Source: Lepidodermella squamata
Taxonomy: Eukaryota; Animalia; Gastrotricha
Assembly (NCBI GenBank): GCA_047495785.1
Contig: JBLDXI010000010.1
Span: forward strand, 744,001 to 808,000
Direction of reading: 5' to 3'
DNA: 64,000 nucleotides
In this document: positions 36,101-47,400 of the stretch, in pieces
How the letters are laid out: the number at the start of each line of letters is the position of its first letter
Position numbering within the stretch: position 1 is the stretch's first letter
Made by a program: the position numbers and the translations under genes
The notes under the pieces: model-generated
Database searches by the model: none
The model's input: the letters and a program-made list of their open reading frames with translations, nothing else
What the model was told of the DNA's origin: nothing

Positions 36101-39100
36101 CACGTACATGTGTTGCCCAGAAGACATTGTTGGTTCGAACTTGTACAGTTGTTACAAACGGCTATTCGACATGGAAGAAACTATTATTGGTCCGAACGCG
36201 AGGTTTCTAGGATCTAGGTGTTGGCTCATATGGATAGGCATAAAAATCTATTTTGAGAAACTTAAGATTTGCTACTACAGATAATCTACCAGAAAATAGT
36301 ATGTACATAGTTGCTGTTTTATTTTCTAATCGAAGAATTTTCCAAATTCGAAAATTGAAATAAACATACGCGTCTCGCAGATACTTCCGTTGTAAAAGGG
36401 AGGGCAATTGCAGGTCTTGGTCAAGACATTGCACGTGCCACCATTCTGACAACTTGGATTGCACAGACCTGGCAAAAAGGATGAAGAAACGATTATTCTT
36501 TAACCTGAACATATGCATAACCCCAATCGGACTTACTCGTTTCGCAAATGGAGCCGGTATAACCAGGCGGGCAGCTACACACATTGAACCAAATGCACGA
36601 ACCGCCGTTTTTACACGAAGGGTTGCACGCAACTGCGGAAAGTTATTGGTAAATCGGATATAGAAACAATAAATCGAGAAATCGAGAAATGTACCAGCAA
36701 ACGATTTGCATAAATTCTTAATGCTCAGAAGCTGGCTGGTATTCAGGCTCGATTTGAAAATTGACAAGCAAGAATAGCTCGAATATGGCGTTGTATCTGA
36801 TGGCCTATGCCAAGCTTGATTTAACGGATTTTCATACCCTGATAGTTCAATTTACCTAGCTCCCACTACAAATCGCGGAGCTGTTGTTGGACTGTTACCA
36901 AAACTCGTATCGGAAGGTAAAAACGAGTCGTTGCAAAATAAACGGCCTTTGTTTGACGGTTTATCATACACAAATGCCACGAATTGCCAGCCTTGTGAAA
37001 TGACGCAGGGCGGTTGCCAGTTCTGATTATCCTTCATAAAGTTCATCCAAATTAGGTTGTTGCTCATGTGTTCCAAATGAAAACCAAAGGAATTATCAGG
37101 CTGCGTAAATTGAAGCATGATAGCTCCTGGGTAACTTTTCATTGCATAGAGAAAAATGGCAAATGTGTACGATGTTGTTGAGCCAAAATCCACTTTGTTG
37201 GAAGCGACCTCGAAAAACCTATTAACTACACCTCCATCCGGGCTTAAACCGGCCTGGAAACCGGTGTTTGGAACTCCATAAGGCCCAGTGACCCATTCAA
37301 CGGCTGGTGTTGAGAATAGGCCGTTTAGAGCTGTTACTGTCGAAACATCTCTGGCTCCATAGTCAGAGGTGAGTGGCCAAAAGCCAACTAAATCGCTCAG
37401 TGAATTTACTGCGACTTGAAAGTTCGTTGATGTATTCAAAGCTTGGCGATTAAATCGTGTTAAGCAATGAACAAATTGATCTAGCTGAAACTCTACTTAC
37501 CCACTCCACATCGTTCCCCAGTGAAACCAACTTGACAGTTGCAGAGATTGAAGCCAGCGCAAGTACCTCCGTTTTTGCATTGCGGTGAACATTGAACTAT
37601 GAATGGTATCAATAACTAATTGAATAAGGCGCAAACCATTGAACTAACTGTGGAAATATTGGCAGGTATCCTTGACTTTCAACAATTGGCTCGTATCAAG
37701 AGCAACGTTGTGATACGAGACGCAAGCGAATTTCGCTTTTGAACGTTCGTCTTGCCGCCTTCATAAAAATTTATAAATAAAATAAATAAAATAAAATAAA
37801 ATAAATAAAATATTTTCGATGGCCATGAGCTAACCTGAGGCCAATTTGCATGTTTGTGAGATTTGTGAACCCAGCGGCCACAACTTGAAAAGCTCCAACA
37901 GAGTTGTTGCAAAATAGAGTATGGTTTTGGCTGGTCGCATCGTAAGTGGCAGCCACAAATTGCCAACCGCTCGTCATGACACACGGGATATTAAAGAATG
38001 GGCCGGAGGGCCCATTGCCCAAGTATAAACGATCTGTACCGGCATCCTGCCATAGATGGGTAGCCCATGAAGTATCTGGCCTACTCCACTCAACAAGCGC
38101 CATTCTGTTAGTCGCCAGAACATGAACAAATAAAGACACCGTCCAAGATGCTTTGAGGGCTAATCGGTCGTCGTCGAAGCCGACGTATCGACTTGTCACC
38201 CCATCTGTGATAAAAGATCCATACGACCCTCCTAGTAAGCCAGTGTAGAAGGAAGGAGCGAGAGCGAACCAACCATCCAATTTGGACGAACTGACATCTC
38301 TCCCTCGATAATCAGCTCCCAGAGGCCAGTAAGCCATCACGCTAGGTAATAGAGCTAACTTTGATCGGGCGAATGTATCAAGCTCAATTGCTGTAATAAG
38401 AAATACTTTGAGTTATTCAAAATCATCTTAAAATAATGTCACTCGCCTGTCCCGCAAGATTCGCCGGTATACCCCGCCACACATAGACAGAGATTGTAGC
38501 CAACACAAGATCCACCATTGTAGCAGGGAATTCTGCATTCAACTATAAAATAACGTCACCAACTTGCAAAATCAATAAGAATACGACATTACCAGTAAAC
38601 ATTCGACATAAATCGCGAACTTTCAGCAACTCCGCGGCAGACATTTCTTTCGTAATAATAGAAATGCAAGCCATGGACCCAGTATTTCCAACGTTAGTTG
38701 ACGCCGGGGCATAAATTCCAATGTTCACAGTGTCGGATGTCAATGGAATTCCAGTTGGCTGGACGTAACCGCTCCACCAATCGTTGCATAGCGTTCGCAA
38801 GTTTTTCGTTGTTGAGTTATAAGTCGCGGCTATAAATGTCCACTTGTTGACGACCACACATTGCGAATTACTACCAACGCCGTCTGGAGCCATCGAGTTT
38901 ATCCAAATTGTATTTGATCCAGGAGGTGCGCGTGAGAAATGCATGCCGTAGGGAGCATTCGAGGTTGATGGCTTGGCGAATTCGATGAAAACATCATAAT
39001 CGTTTTGGCTAGCCATGTTTACCCACATTGATATCGACCAAGACTTGGCGCCGATATCAAGTTTCGCCGATTTCACTACGGCATACCGCCGGGGAGAGAT

Positions 39101-41778
39101 AGTCTTGTCGAAGGCCATAGCAGAGAGATCGCGGCCGTATGGACCTACTGCGAAGGCGTAATCCCGTGACATCATACCATCGATCTTATTGGCTGAGGCG
39201 TCTCTCGAGCCGTATTCATAAGTCAAAGGCCAATAGGCAACGGGTCCACATCTTTTCATCGGAACATTAAATACTTTTATCGTGCCACTTTCATCTTAAA
39301 CCATCGGAAATGCATTATTTCATGAAAAGCTATCTTAAACCGTCGGAATATGAAAGAAGCATTATCTATCGGAACACGCGAATTATTTCATCGGAACACG
39401 CGAATTATTTCATCGGAACACGTGTTATTTTTCCACCTTAAAAATTGAAAACCGTATTAGAATCATTCCTCGATTTTTAACCGAGTAGCTTTTTCAATTA
39501 TGGAGTTTCTCCAACAGTTTTATGCATCTGACGATGAGGCTGTATTTGATGAACAAGAAGACCATTATGAAGAAATTTCCCGTGATGAGCCTACTTACGA
39601 CGAAGATGACGACCCTGACATCGTGCCAGACGACCAGGACTTTGTTGTACAAGAGAAGCCATGAGAAAATGTGTTTTTCCGATGAATAAATGTGTTATTC
39701 CGATGAATTAATTGGTTTCAATGGGTAAAATAAATATTCCGATGGTTCCGATGGTTTAAGACAAAACTAGCACGATAAAAGTATTTAATGTTCCGATGAT
39801 TTGATATTACTTCTAGGCAACTAGGTCTGAGTAGACAGCCAGTGCATCGCTTATGACTTTCTTGTTGATTAAAACTAAAAACAAATGCTTCAAATTTGGG
39901 TATTAGGTCTAGCTTCATAGCTTACAAGTGTCACACCTAGGAGGGGCCAACGGTGCAGGACACTTGCAGATATTCACACCAACACAAGTACCGCCATTTT
40001 TGCAGTAGCCAGCAGAACATGATACTAGGAGTCATTTCACGTTCGTTTATTAAATAATCAAGAGATCTATATCTTACCTGTGAAAAGCTTACACAGTTCC
40101 CGGGCTTGTAGCATCTCATTCGCATTCAGTGACTTTGAATAAACTGAAACGCAGGCCATTTTGCCATCAAAATAATTTGTCGTTCCAATCGTGCTGAAAG
40201 TAATCACAAATTATAGATATATAACTCATTAATCTCCTTTTTTACCCACCTCTTTCCAATATAAAGCGTATCTGATGTTATAGGTGGTCCAGCTGTGGGA
40301 CCATATGTTGCAGCTATGAAGGATTCATCGCAGAAGTATTGTAGCAATTTCGTGAAATTATTCCATGTTACAGCTACGAATGTCCACTTATTACTAACCG
40401 CACAATTTACTTCAAGACCATCGGGATTCCTGGTATTGAACCAAAGAGTATTGATATCCTGATGATACCAGAGATGCATTCCCCAGTCTGCTCCGGGCAT
40501 AGTCGGGTGCAGATATTCCAAAAGAGGATGTTGAACAGTTGCTGCATTCATCCACAGCGAAAGCGTCCAAGAGGAGGTGTTGAAGTTCAGCAATCCCGAG
40601 TTTGCGATAATATAGCTCGAAGCAGTCAGACCGCTCAAAGATGAAGCCACCTTATTATCGAACGGACCAATGTCGTATGACAAATACATCGTAGGTTTCC
40701 CGTGGATTTTGTTCGGGGAAACATCCGTCACGGCGTATTCGCTGGTAAGCGGCCAGTAGGCAACCAATCCAGGCATGTCGCTCAATTTCGAGGCGATCGT
40801 TTCTTTATCGGTAGCGACTGATTTGAATTAAATGAAATTGCGGACTTTTATATTTCTGAGGCAACTTACTCAACTCGCATAGGGCTCCAGCATATCCAGC
40901 TGGGCAGTCGCAAACGTTTTTAGCAGCACACGTTCCTCCATTTTTGCACTGAGTGGCGCAATTAGCTGGGTTAGATCAAGGAATAATAATATTGAAGCAT
41001 TATTTCAATTCACATACGAATGAATAGTTGGCAAGTGTCTTTGAGCGCTAAGAATTGAGCATCACTTAACGTTGCTTTATGCAGCGAAACGCAAGCATAT
41101 TTGCCGACCGCAGACAGGTGTGTGGAACTTGAGGAATAAATTGTGTTACAATCTACCAAAACTTGGCTTAAGCAGCTCTTACCGGTAGCCGATACCTAGA
41201 ATACCGGATGTAACTGGAGTGGCAGGACACGGCGATTTAGGCCCTGAAGCTGTGCTGCAAAAAGTGTTCATCTTTGCATTCACCGAGTCGTAGGTGAATC
41301 CGACAAATGTCCACGTGAAGTTCATTGCGCATGGCATTGCAACTGGACCCGTAGAAATGGGGTGGACGTACAACTGGTTGACGCTACTCCATTGCCACAG
41401 TTGCGTCTGGTATGCGGAATACTCGAGAAAAGGCATGCCAGCATTAATCTCAGTCTTGACCCAAAGTGCGAAGCTCCATGAAGAGTTGACAATGTTTACA
41501 GCTGGAGAGGTTATTGTCACCCAATGTTTGTTAGGATTGTCTACCTGAATAGCTGAGCTTGAGGAACCGAAAGGGCCCTGGCCGAAAATCGGAGGCTCCG
41601 TGTTTGAAACTCCGTTTGCTACTTCAAGGGCATCTCGCGCCTTGTAATAACTTGTTAGGGGCCAATATGCTACCGTACTGGGCTGGAGGCGAAGCTGGTA
41701 CTGAATGTAACCTGTATCATAATCGACGCTGAATACCCCACAGAGGATCGTGGGAAACAAGAACAAGGTTGGCCGCAT
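33181..41778 (-). pseudogene. LamG-EGF-AbfB-ShK-sushi-TM protein, copy C; interrupted in the LamG3 exon (pseudogene or truncated secreted form)
   Basis: ATG at 41778 (MRPTLFLFPTILCGVFS); colinear with A and B but with one fewer EGF exon pair. The insertion at 39242-39813 changes GCC TAT to GCC TAG (39815-39813). Downstream exons inspected are still open. Confidence 0.8.
39242..39813. mobile_element. 572 bp non-autonomous DNA transposon with 8-bp TSD (hAT/Mutator-like, superfamily unresolved)
   Basis: TAGGCAAC duplicated at 39234-39241 and 39814-39821. A 30 bp subterminal inverted repeat TCATCGGAACATTAAATACTTTTATCGTGC sits 14 nt in from each end. Absent from copies A and B. Confidence 0.85.
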
Positions 41779-43654
41779 AATTTACGGCGCGAAGTTTGAT
41801 GAGTGTAAAGTCCTGCTAAGCTGTTCTATGAATAAGACTAAAGTCATTAATTATTTAGGCTTATTGTTTATTAACAATGAATTATCAAGAAAAGCCGTGG
41901 TTGGTTGGTCGATAAAGTTTTCCCGTTTTTAGATAGCAGACAGGGCAATCTCGCAACACTTCCCCAGTTTTACTGTTAGCCAAACCATAGACAGGTCGGT
42001 CTTGAAATCCTTCACGGAAATGAGGATGGAGCACTCGGAGCACTGGTTTTCTTATTTTTATTTTCCTTAGTTTCGACAGCTTTCGGGCAATCGGTTCTCC
42101 ACATTTCAACGTGAACTTGCGTCTTAGCTTTGCAAATCGATCCTCTTCATTAATGCAAATGGAGAGTCTGGTTTTAGAAGACAAAGCATCATCGATTCGC
42201 AGACAATTGGCAGACGCGTGGTAGGCTGCGTTTAGGCCGTTGCTAAGAACGCTTTGTCTGTTATTAATCATAAGTAGGGCGCATGTCAAAAACCAACCGA
42301 CTTGTTCTGGTGGAAAGTTCAAATAACTTTTTATAAACGCTACATTGTTGGCTGATTTTTGGCTACAATTTTTTCCGAACGCCGGTTCATTTTTGTATGA
42401 AAGCTCCTGTTCAACCAGAGGGACTTCAAGTCTAAGCATTGGCTAGCGATTTCAACAGCAGCGTTTTCTGTCAGCTCGAAATATTCTGTATTTTAAACTG
42501 ACCTTTAACTAATAATAAGAAGACATTCTCCTATGATTGAGGCTAAAAAACGATACAGAAATAGTGTTTCTGTATTCCTGTACAATACAGAAACACTTTT
42601 ATTAAGATGGACTTTTTATTGCATTTTCCTATATAAATGGCGTACAAGATCACTTTTTCCCGCACTTTCTAGCTACGTTTCTCCGAGTTTTTAGCAGATA
42701 TAGAGGAGAAAAGCAATCTCGGATTTACTCAGAATACAGAAACACTTTTCTTGTACGAATGACTGTATGAATCGAGGTTCCGCAGGAACCGAAGATGAAT
42801 ACAGTCATGAGTCTCTGGTCTCAAATTCATTATTGACCTTCAACTGGTCGGAAAGAGAAATTAGGACTTGCCACGTTCGTTGTTGCTCATTTTAACCTAG
42901 TTCGGTCTTAGGTTTGGAATCTAAGGTTTCTTGAACCTTAAATACGTTCGAGGTCGAAGCTAGGAACCGGCCAAAAAACTTCCTACAACTGACGAGGCAA
43001 CCTCTATGACCAATTCCGACTTGATTGAGACAAAACTTTTCAGCTTCGATTTGCTTCGGATTAATCTTTGTCCTGTTTTAACGACTCCGAAGCTCATGTC
43101 CAATCTTTTACAATCATCGATTGCAATGGAAATGAACTGGATCCATTTGACTATAATCGACTATAATCGAATTGCATGTTTAGTGAATTTAGCATATTTC
43201 GAACTCTAGTTTTTGGCTAATAAAGGTACAATTGGAGCCTTCCAGAAAGCTCGGGAAGCTCAATATCATCCAATTATAAAACGGCCTAATACTCAACATC
43301 AATCGCTTTTCCAACCAGTTGAAGTACCAGGACGCTAAACACTGGAGAATCTTTCATCACAACGGCAAGATGAAGGCGCTGGCAAAATATTTGGAGGTTG
43401 CTCAATCTAGGCATTCGATCTTATTCCGGTTGCATCCAGCTATGCACTGCGTAGCGACGCGGTCATGTGCCCATCACATGATTTGATTTTCAACTACGAT
43501 TCGCGAATCTGAAATCGCAGCTTTTCCAGTTTTAGACCACACTGTAAGTTTTAAGTTACAGGAAACTGCGAGTTTCGAATTGTTTTGATCGCTCTCTATG
43601 TGCGTGTTTGAGAGGAGCACTGGCATAAACCATCGCAGCCTTTACTTCGCAAAA

Positions 43655-46051
43655 ATGTTGAATCATTTGATCTCAGCTATTATGGTAATCGCATCGGCAT
43701 GTGCGATGAAGCAACATAGGATGCAAGTTCTTGCTGCGACAACCTTTACAGGCCGACCTGCTCGCTTCGGTGAAACATTCATATCAGTCGTCAACCTCGT
43801 TTTTGAAATTGCAAACAACAGAAGCGACATTCTAACTGATTACCAACTCGAACCAGTTTTCGAAGACGAGCGCATGGGAAACGCCGCACCCACTGTTGTA
43901 GGCAACTTCTACGAAAACTTGGAGCCTGTTTCCGACGCGAGCAAGAGTATTATCATAAAATCACCCATCGCAATAGGCGGACAACTGTCTCAAAGCTGCA
44001 AAGCTGTTGGTCCCATTCTTCACGGGTTGAATGCCGTGATGATGAGTGGAGCTTGCCTTTCCTCGACTCTTTCGAATCGAGTTCTATACCCGAACCTGTA
44101 TCTGACCGTGAATGTCATTGACCCGAATAGTGAGGTTCTGGTTCAATTTATTGAAAACGTTGCGAAATGGCGGCGAATGGCTGTAATAGCGACAGTTCAG
44201 AATCTCCTCGACTACACTGCATCTCTCACAATTTACAGCAAGGCGTTGAAACGAAATCTTTCTGTGCCTGTATTCAGCATTTCAATGGATATAGACCAAA
44301 ATGTAATCGATGAAATCATACGTAATGACATTCGAATTATTGTTGTTTATACCGCTACAACAGCAGTCTTATGGAAGTTCTACTGTCTTGCATATTTTTC
44401 CGGTTTGACGGCGCCTAAATATGTATTCTTCTCAAACGCTGGGATACTGACTGATTTTTCTGCTATTCCACTGGTTCCAGACCCTCTTGTACCGGGATGC
44501 ACCCGTGAAATTGTCAGCAAACAGCAGGAAATCACATTTTTTATCGGGCCAAAGTTGATCGCGACGCAAGATAATACGGCTTCATCAAGCCTGGGCATGT
44601 CTGTAGAACAATTTGACTCTGAATTAAACAAAAGGTTGAATTTCAATCGAGCTCCTGATGATAGCGCAAGATACATTTATTATGATATGGCGATGTCCGC
44701 TGTTTTCGCTCTGCACGAAGCAAATTTGAAGTTAAGGCTGACAAGTAACATGACTCTCCTCGATTATTATCACAAACCGGATGTCATAAGCCGCGCGTTG
44801 AATAGAACTATGATGGAAATTGACCTAGCAGGCCTCAGAATCGATCGATTACGCTTCAGCAATGTTACCGGCCAGCAAATGTACGACATCTCGGTCGTAA
44901 CCTATTGGACTAGGGCGAATAATACCAGAATAATATTTAAATCGATACCAACTGGTTCAGCATCAAACATTGGGTCTTCTAGTGACAACTTTAAATGGGA
45001 AATTTGGGGCGGTAACATCCCGAAGGATCAGGCTAGCCGGAATACCGTAATGGAGCAGGTTTCCTATGCTGAATTCCTGATCATTCTAGTGTTAGCAATA
45101 CTCGCAGCTTGTGCCCAGATCCTCTTCCTTGGTCTTTCTCTGAGCAAAAATTGGCATAATATACGAGCCGATTTCCTGGTTGCTTTAAGCACATTTTCAT
45201 TCCTTTGTCTTGACACTTCAGCGGTATTATTTGCAGCTCCAAGCTCTAAAGAATCGAGCAACGCCAGATTGATACTCGGAGCTATGGGGCTAATTTCTAT
45301 GAATGCAACTCTGTTCAGTCAACTTATTAGCGTGTGGTTGAAGCTGATTCGTATTCGAAAACATTTCGGAAAAGAAGTCAAGACAGATTTATCAACCATG
45401 TATCAACAGAGAAGTAGTCACAAGTTGGCCTCGATGCGCTTTTCAATTCTCCAGCAAGAGCAAAGAGATGGGCGAATTGAGATCGAAAATGACCGTGGCA
45501 CTTCTGAAGTGAAGCTACAACTGCTTCTCCAAGAATATGATTCCAGGCCTGTTTTGATCACGTTTGTCGCGTTTTTCGTAACCGCTATTTATCTTCTGAT
45601 TTGGCTTCTGCTTGATCCTATACATTGCCTGGTCATTAGTGGAAGCGAGATTATCTACGATCCCGCATTAGATTTATTCACCGAGTTTACCATTACGAGC
45701 TGTGAAAACAGCCATTTATCGCTTATGCTTTCATTTCTCGTAGCCGAAAACCTAACTTTGTTAGCAGCTGGACTTCTCGTGGCATATAAAATGCGAAACA
45801 AATACTCGAAAATGCTCGAAAACAGTACAGCCATCTCTATGTTGAAGAAGCAATTTAAATTGGCTAATTTGGGGGTAATCAACGTCTCTTGTTTGTTTAT
45901 CGCTGGAATCTTCATCATACTAACTCTGGGAGAAAGGATGGTTCAGCAGCAAATATCCGCTGCGTTTATCTTTCTCGCGATTTCGAGTACAACATCAATG
46001 ACGTGGTACTTGCCAATCCTCAAAGAGCGCCTCGGTATGTCAAACCGCTGA
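43655..46051 (+). CDS. Intronless orphan class C GPCR, GABA-B receptor-like, GPCR3
   Basis: Likely start ATG 43655 (MLNHLISAIMVIASACA); an in-frame upstream ATG exists at 43598. Motifs ANNRSDILTDYQLE, LSNRVLYPNLY, KWRRMAVI, IRIIVV, CLAYFSGLTAPKYVFF, IPKD linker, and 7TM ending WYLP. Confidence 0.88.
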   Translation: MLNHLISAIMVIASACAMKQHRMQVLAATTFTGRPARFGETFISVVNLVFEIANNRSDILTDYQLEPVFEDERMGNAAPTVVGNFYENLEPVSDASKSIIIKSPIAIGGQLSQSCKAVGPILHGLNAVMMSGACLSSTLSNRVLYPNLYLTVNVIDPNSEVLVQFIENVAKWRRMAVIATVQNLLDYTASLTIYSKALKRNLSVPVFSISMDIDQNVIDEIIRNDIRIIVVYTATTAVLWKFYCLAYFSGLTAPKYVFFSNAGILTDFSAIPLVPDPLVPGCTREIVSKQQEITFFIGPKLIATQDNTASSSLGMSVEQFDSELNKRLNFNRAPDDSARYIYYDMAMSAVFALHEANLKLRLTSNMTLLDYYHKPDVISRALNRTMMEIDLAGLRIDRLRFSNVTGQQMYDISVVTYWTRANNTRIIFKSIPTGSASNIGSSSDNFKWEIWGGNIPKDQASRNTVMEQVSYAEFLIILVLAILAACAQILFLGLSLSKNWHNIRADFLVALSTFSFLCLDTSAVLFAAPSSKESSNARLILGAMGLISMNATLFSQLISVWLKLIRIRKHFGKEVKTDLSTMYQQRSSHKLASMRFSILQQEQRDGRIEIENDRGTSEVKLQLLLQEYDSRPVLITFVAFFVTAIYLLIWLLLDPIHCLVISGSEIIYDPALDLFTEFTITSCENSHLSLMLSFLVAENLTLLAAGLLVAYKMRNKYSKMLENSTAISMLKKQFKLANLGVINVSCLFIAGIFIILTLGERMVQQQISAAFIFLAISSTTSMTWYLPILKERLGMSNR

Positions 46052-46165
46052 CTCAACCGTTGTTATTGGCGACAAAGCTAGCTTTATTTTCGACAATGTA
46101 AACAAATATATTTCATGTTTTGATTTCACAAAGCAACATATTGTAACAAAAAAGTTTGATTGAAT

Positions 46166-47400
46166 TCATTCGAACATTTCCTGGGTATTATAAATCAATA
46201 GCGTGCTGTAACTCGCTTCGTCTCTTTCACGTTCCAGGTTAGCCATAACGGCGATTTCTGATTGAGGAGCAACGGGTTCAAGGGGCCAACATGCTTTCCC
46301 ACATGAAGTTACCCTCCGCATCTTGAGTTTTGTTCAGTAAAACGATTCGTTCTTTCGGCGAAGATCGTACGACTACGGCAACCTTCCTTGCAGTCGGGAG
46401 ATTAAGCTTAAAGTTGGCATTGAGATTCTTGCTTGTTCTCTCAAGAATTCCAACTCTAGGCTCGAATAGATGCCCGCCGTGCCAGGCAGACAGTTGCTTC
46501 GGAAACGGGGAACTTACAGCCGTTTTGTTGTTCACGAACACAGCATAGGTACAAACGGCGGGTAAATCAGTCTGTGTCCCGTGTTTAGCAGCGAATAATT
46601 GTAACTTGTGTAAGTCCTTCTCTGAGGAAATCGGCATAAAATTGCCAGTGTCTTAGAATCGATTGTCTGATGCATTGCGAACATGCTAACATCGACCAAG
46701 CCCTGTTGATTCGGGGCAGCCATGTTTTTCACGAGGTACAAAGCAACGATGAGGCGAAGAGGTTGGTCTTCGGTTGTCTTAAATTGCAATTCGAGTTCTT
46801 TGGTTGAAGTTACGGTTATCAAAGGATCAGGGTGAGTGTAAGGCTGAATCCCAAGATCCGAACAGTAAGTTCCATGAAAACCTAGAACATTTGAGGTCAA
46901 TGCAGGGTAGAGGAGAAGTTGACGTAGGCAAAAGGGTTGTTCTCCAATGGGTTTAACTGGACCGACCACTAAGAACTGGGCGAAGCCAAATAAAGTTGTC
47001 TTGTCGCAGCTAGGATCGTTAGCGAAGATTTCAAGGCCAACCTCGGTAACATCTTCCTCAAGCGACAGGCAAACAGTAAAAACTGCTGTATTCTTCACAA
47101 TTCGATGAAAAACACTTGCTCCAACCGGATTAGTCTCGTCGAATCTTTTCAGTTTGGCTGTAAAAGAAATTTCAAGATTTCTGAATCAGCAAAAACATTG
47201 GTCTGGAACCAACCTGAGAATATGCAGGGTTTACTGAGTTGGAAGTAAATGTCCGCTATTCCATTCTCATCAGCCTCAATTTTAGCCCTGAACTTGCGAT
47301 GGCTATTCGACACTCCGAATTTGTTCGTAACAAACGAAGATAGTCCCCAAACTTGCGAGGCTTGGGAAGGGATCTTGAGGATCCTTCAAGGGTGATGAAA
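46166..47400 (-). pseudogene. Frameshifted fragment resembling the C-terminal Ig-like repeats of kyphoscoliosis peptidase/hillarin
   Basis: Segments AVFTVCL..VGLEIFANDP..LFGFAQFLV and ILCRFPQ..Y/KLQLFA..LPAVCTY. One intron at 47212-47160. A continuous reading needs frameshifts near 47360, 46608 and 46283. No transglutaminase-like core seen. Confidence 0.55.

Noticed and set aside
39234-39821. The 572 bp insertion acting as a self-removing new intron (introner)
   Set aside because: The in-frame TAG precedes the nearest internal GT. Using the TSD's GT with the AG near the far end shifts the frame.
4386-41548. Many short ORFs repeated in all three copies (e.g. 5452-5634, 7453-7641, 10484-10732)
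   Set aside because: They are antisense or off-frame shadows of the real exons and recur only because the genes are paralogous.
41885-42439. 184-aa ORF upstream of copy C
   Set aside because: The homologous upstream regions of A and B do not keep this frame, and no domain is recognisable.
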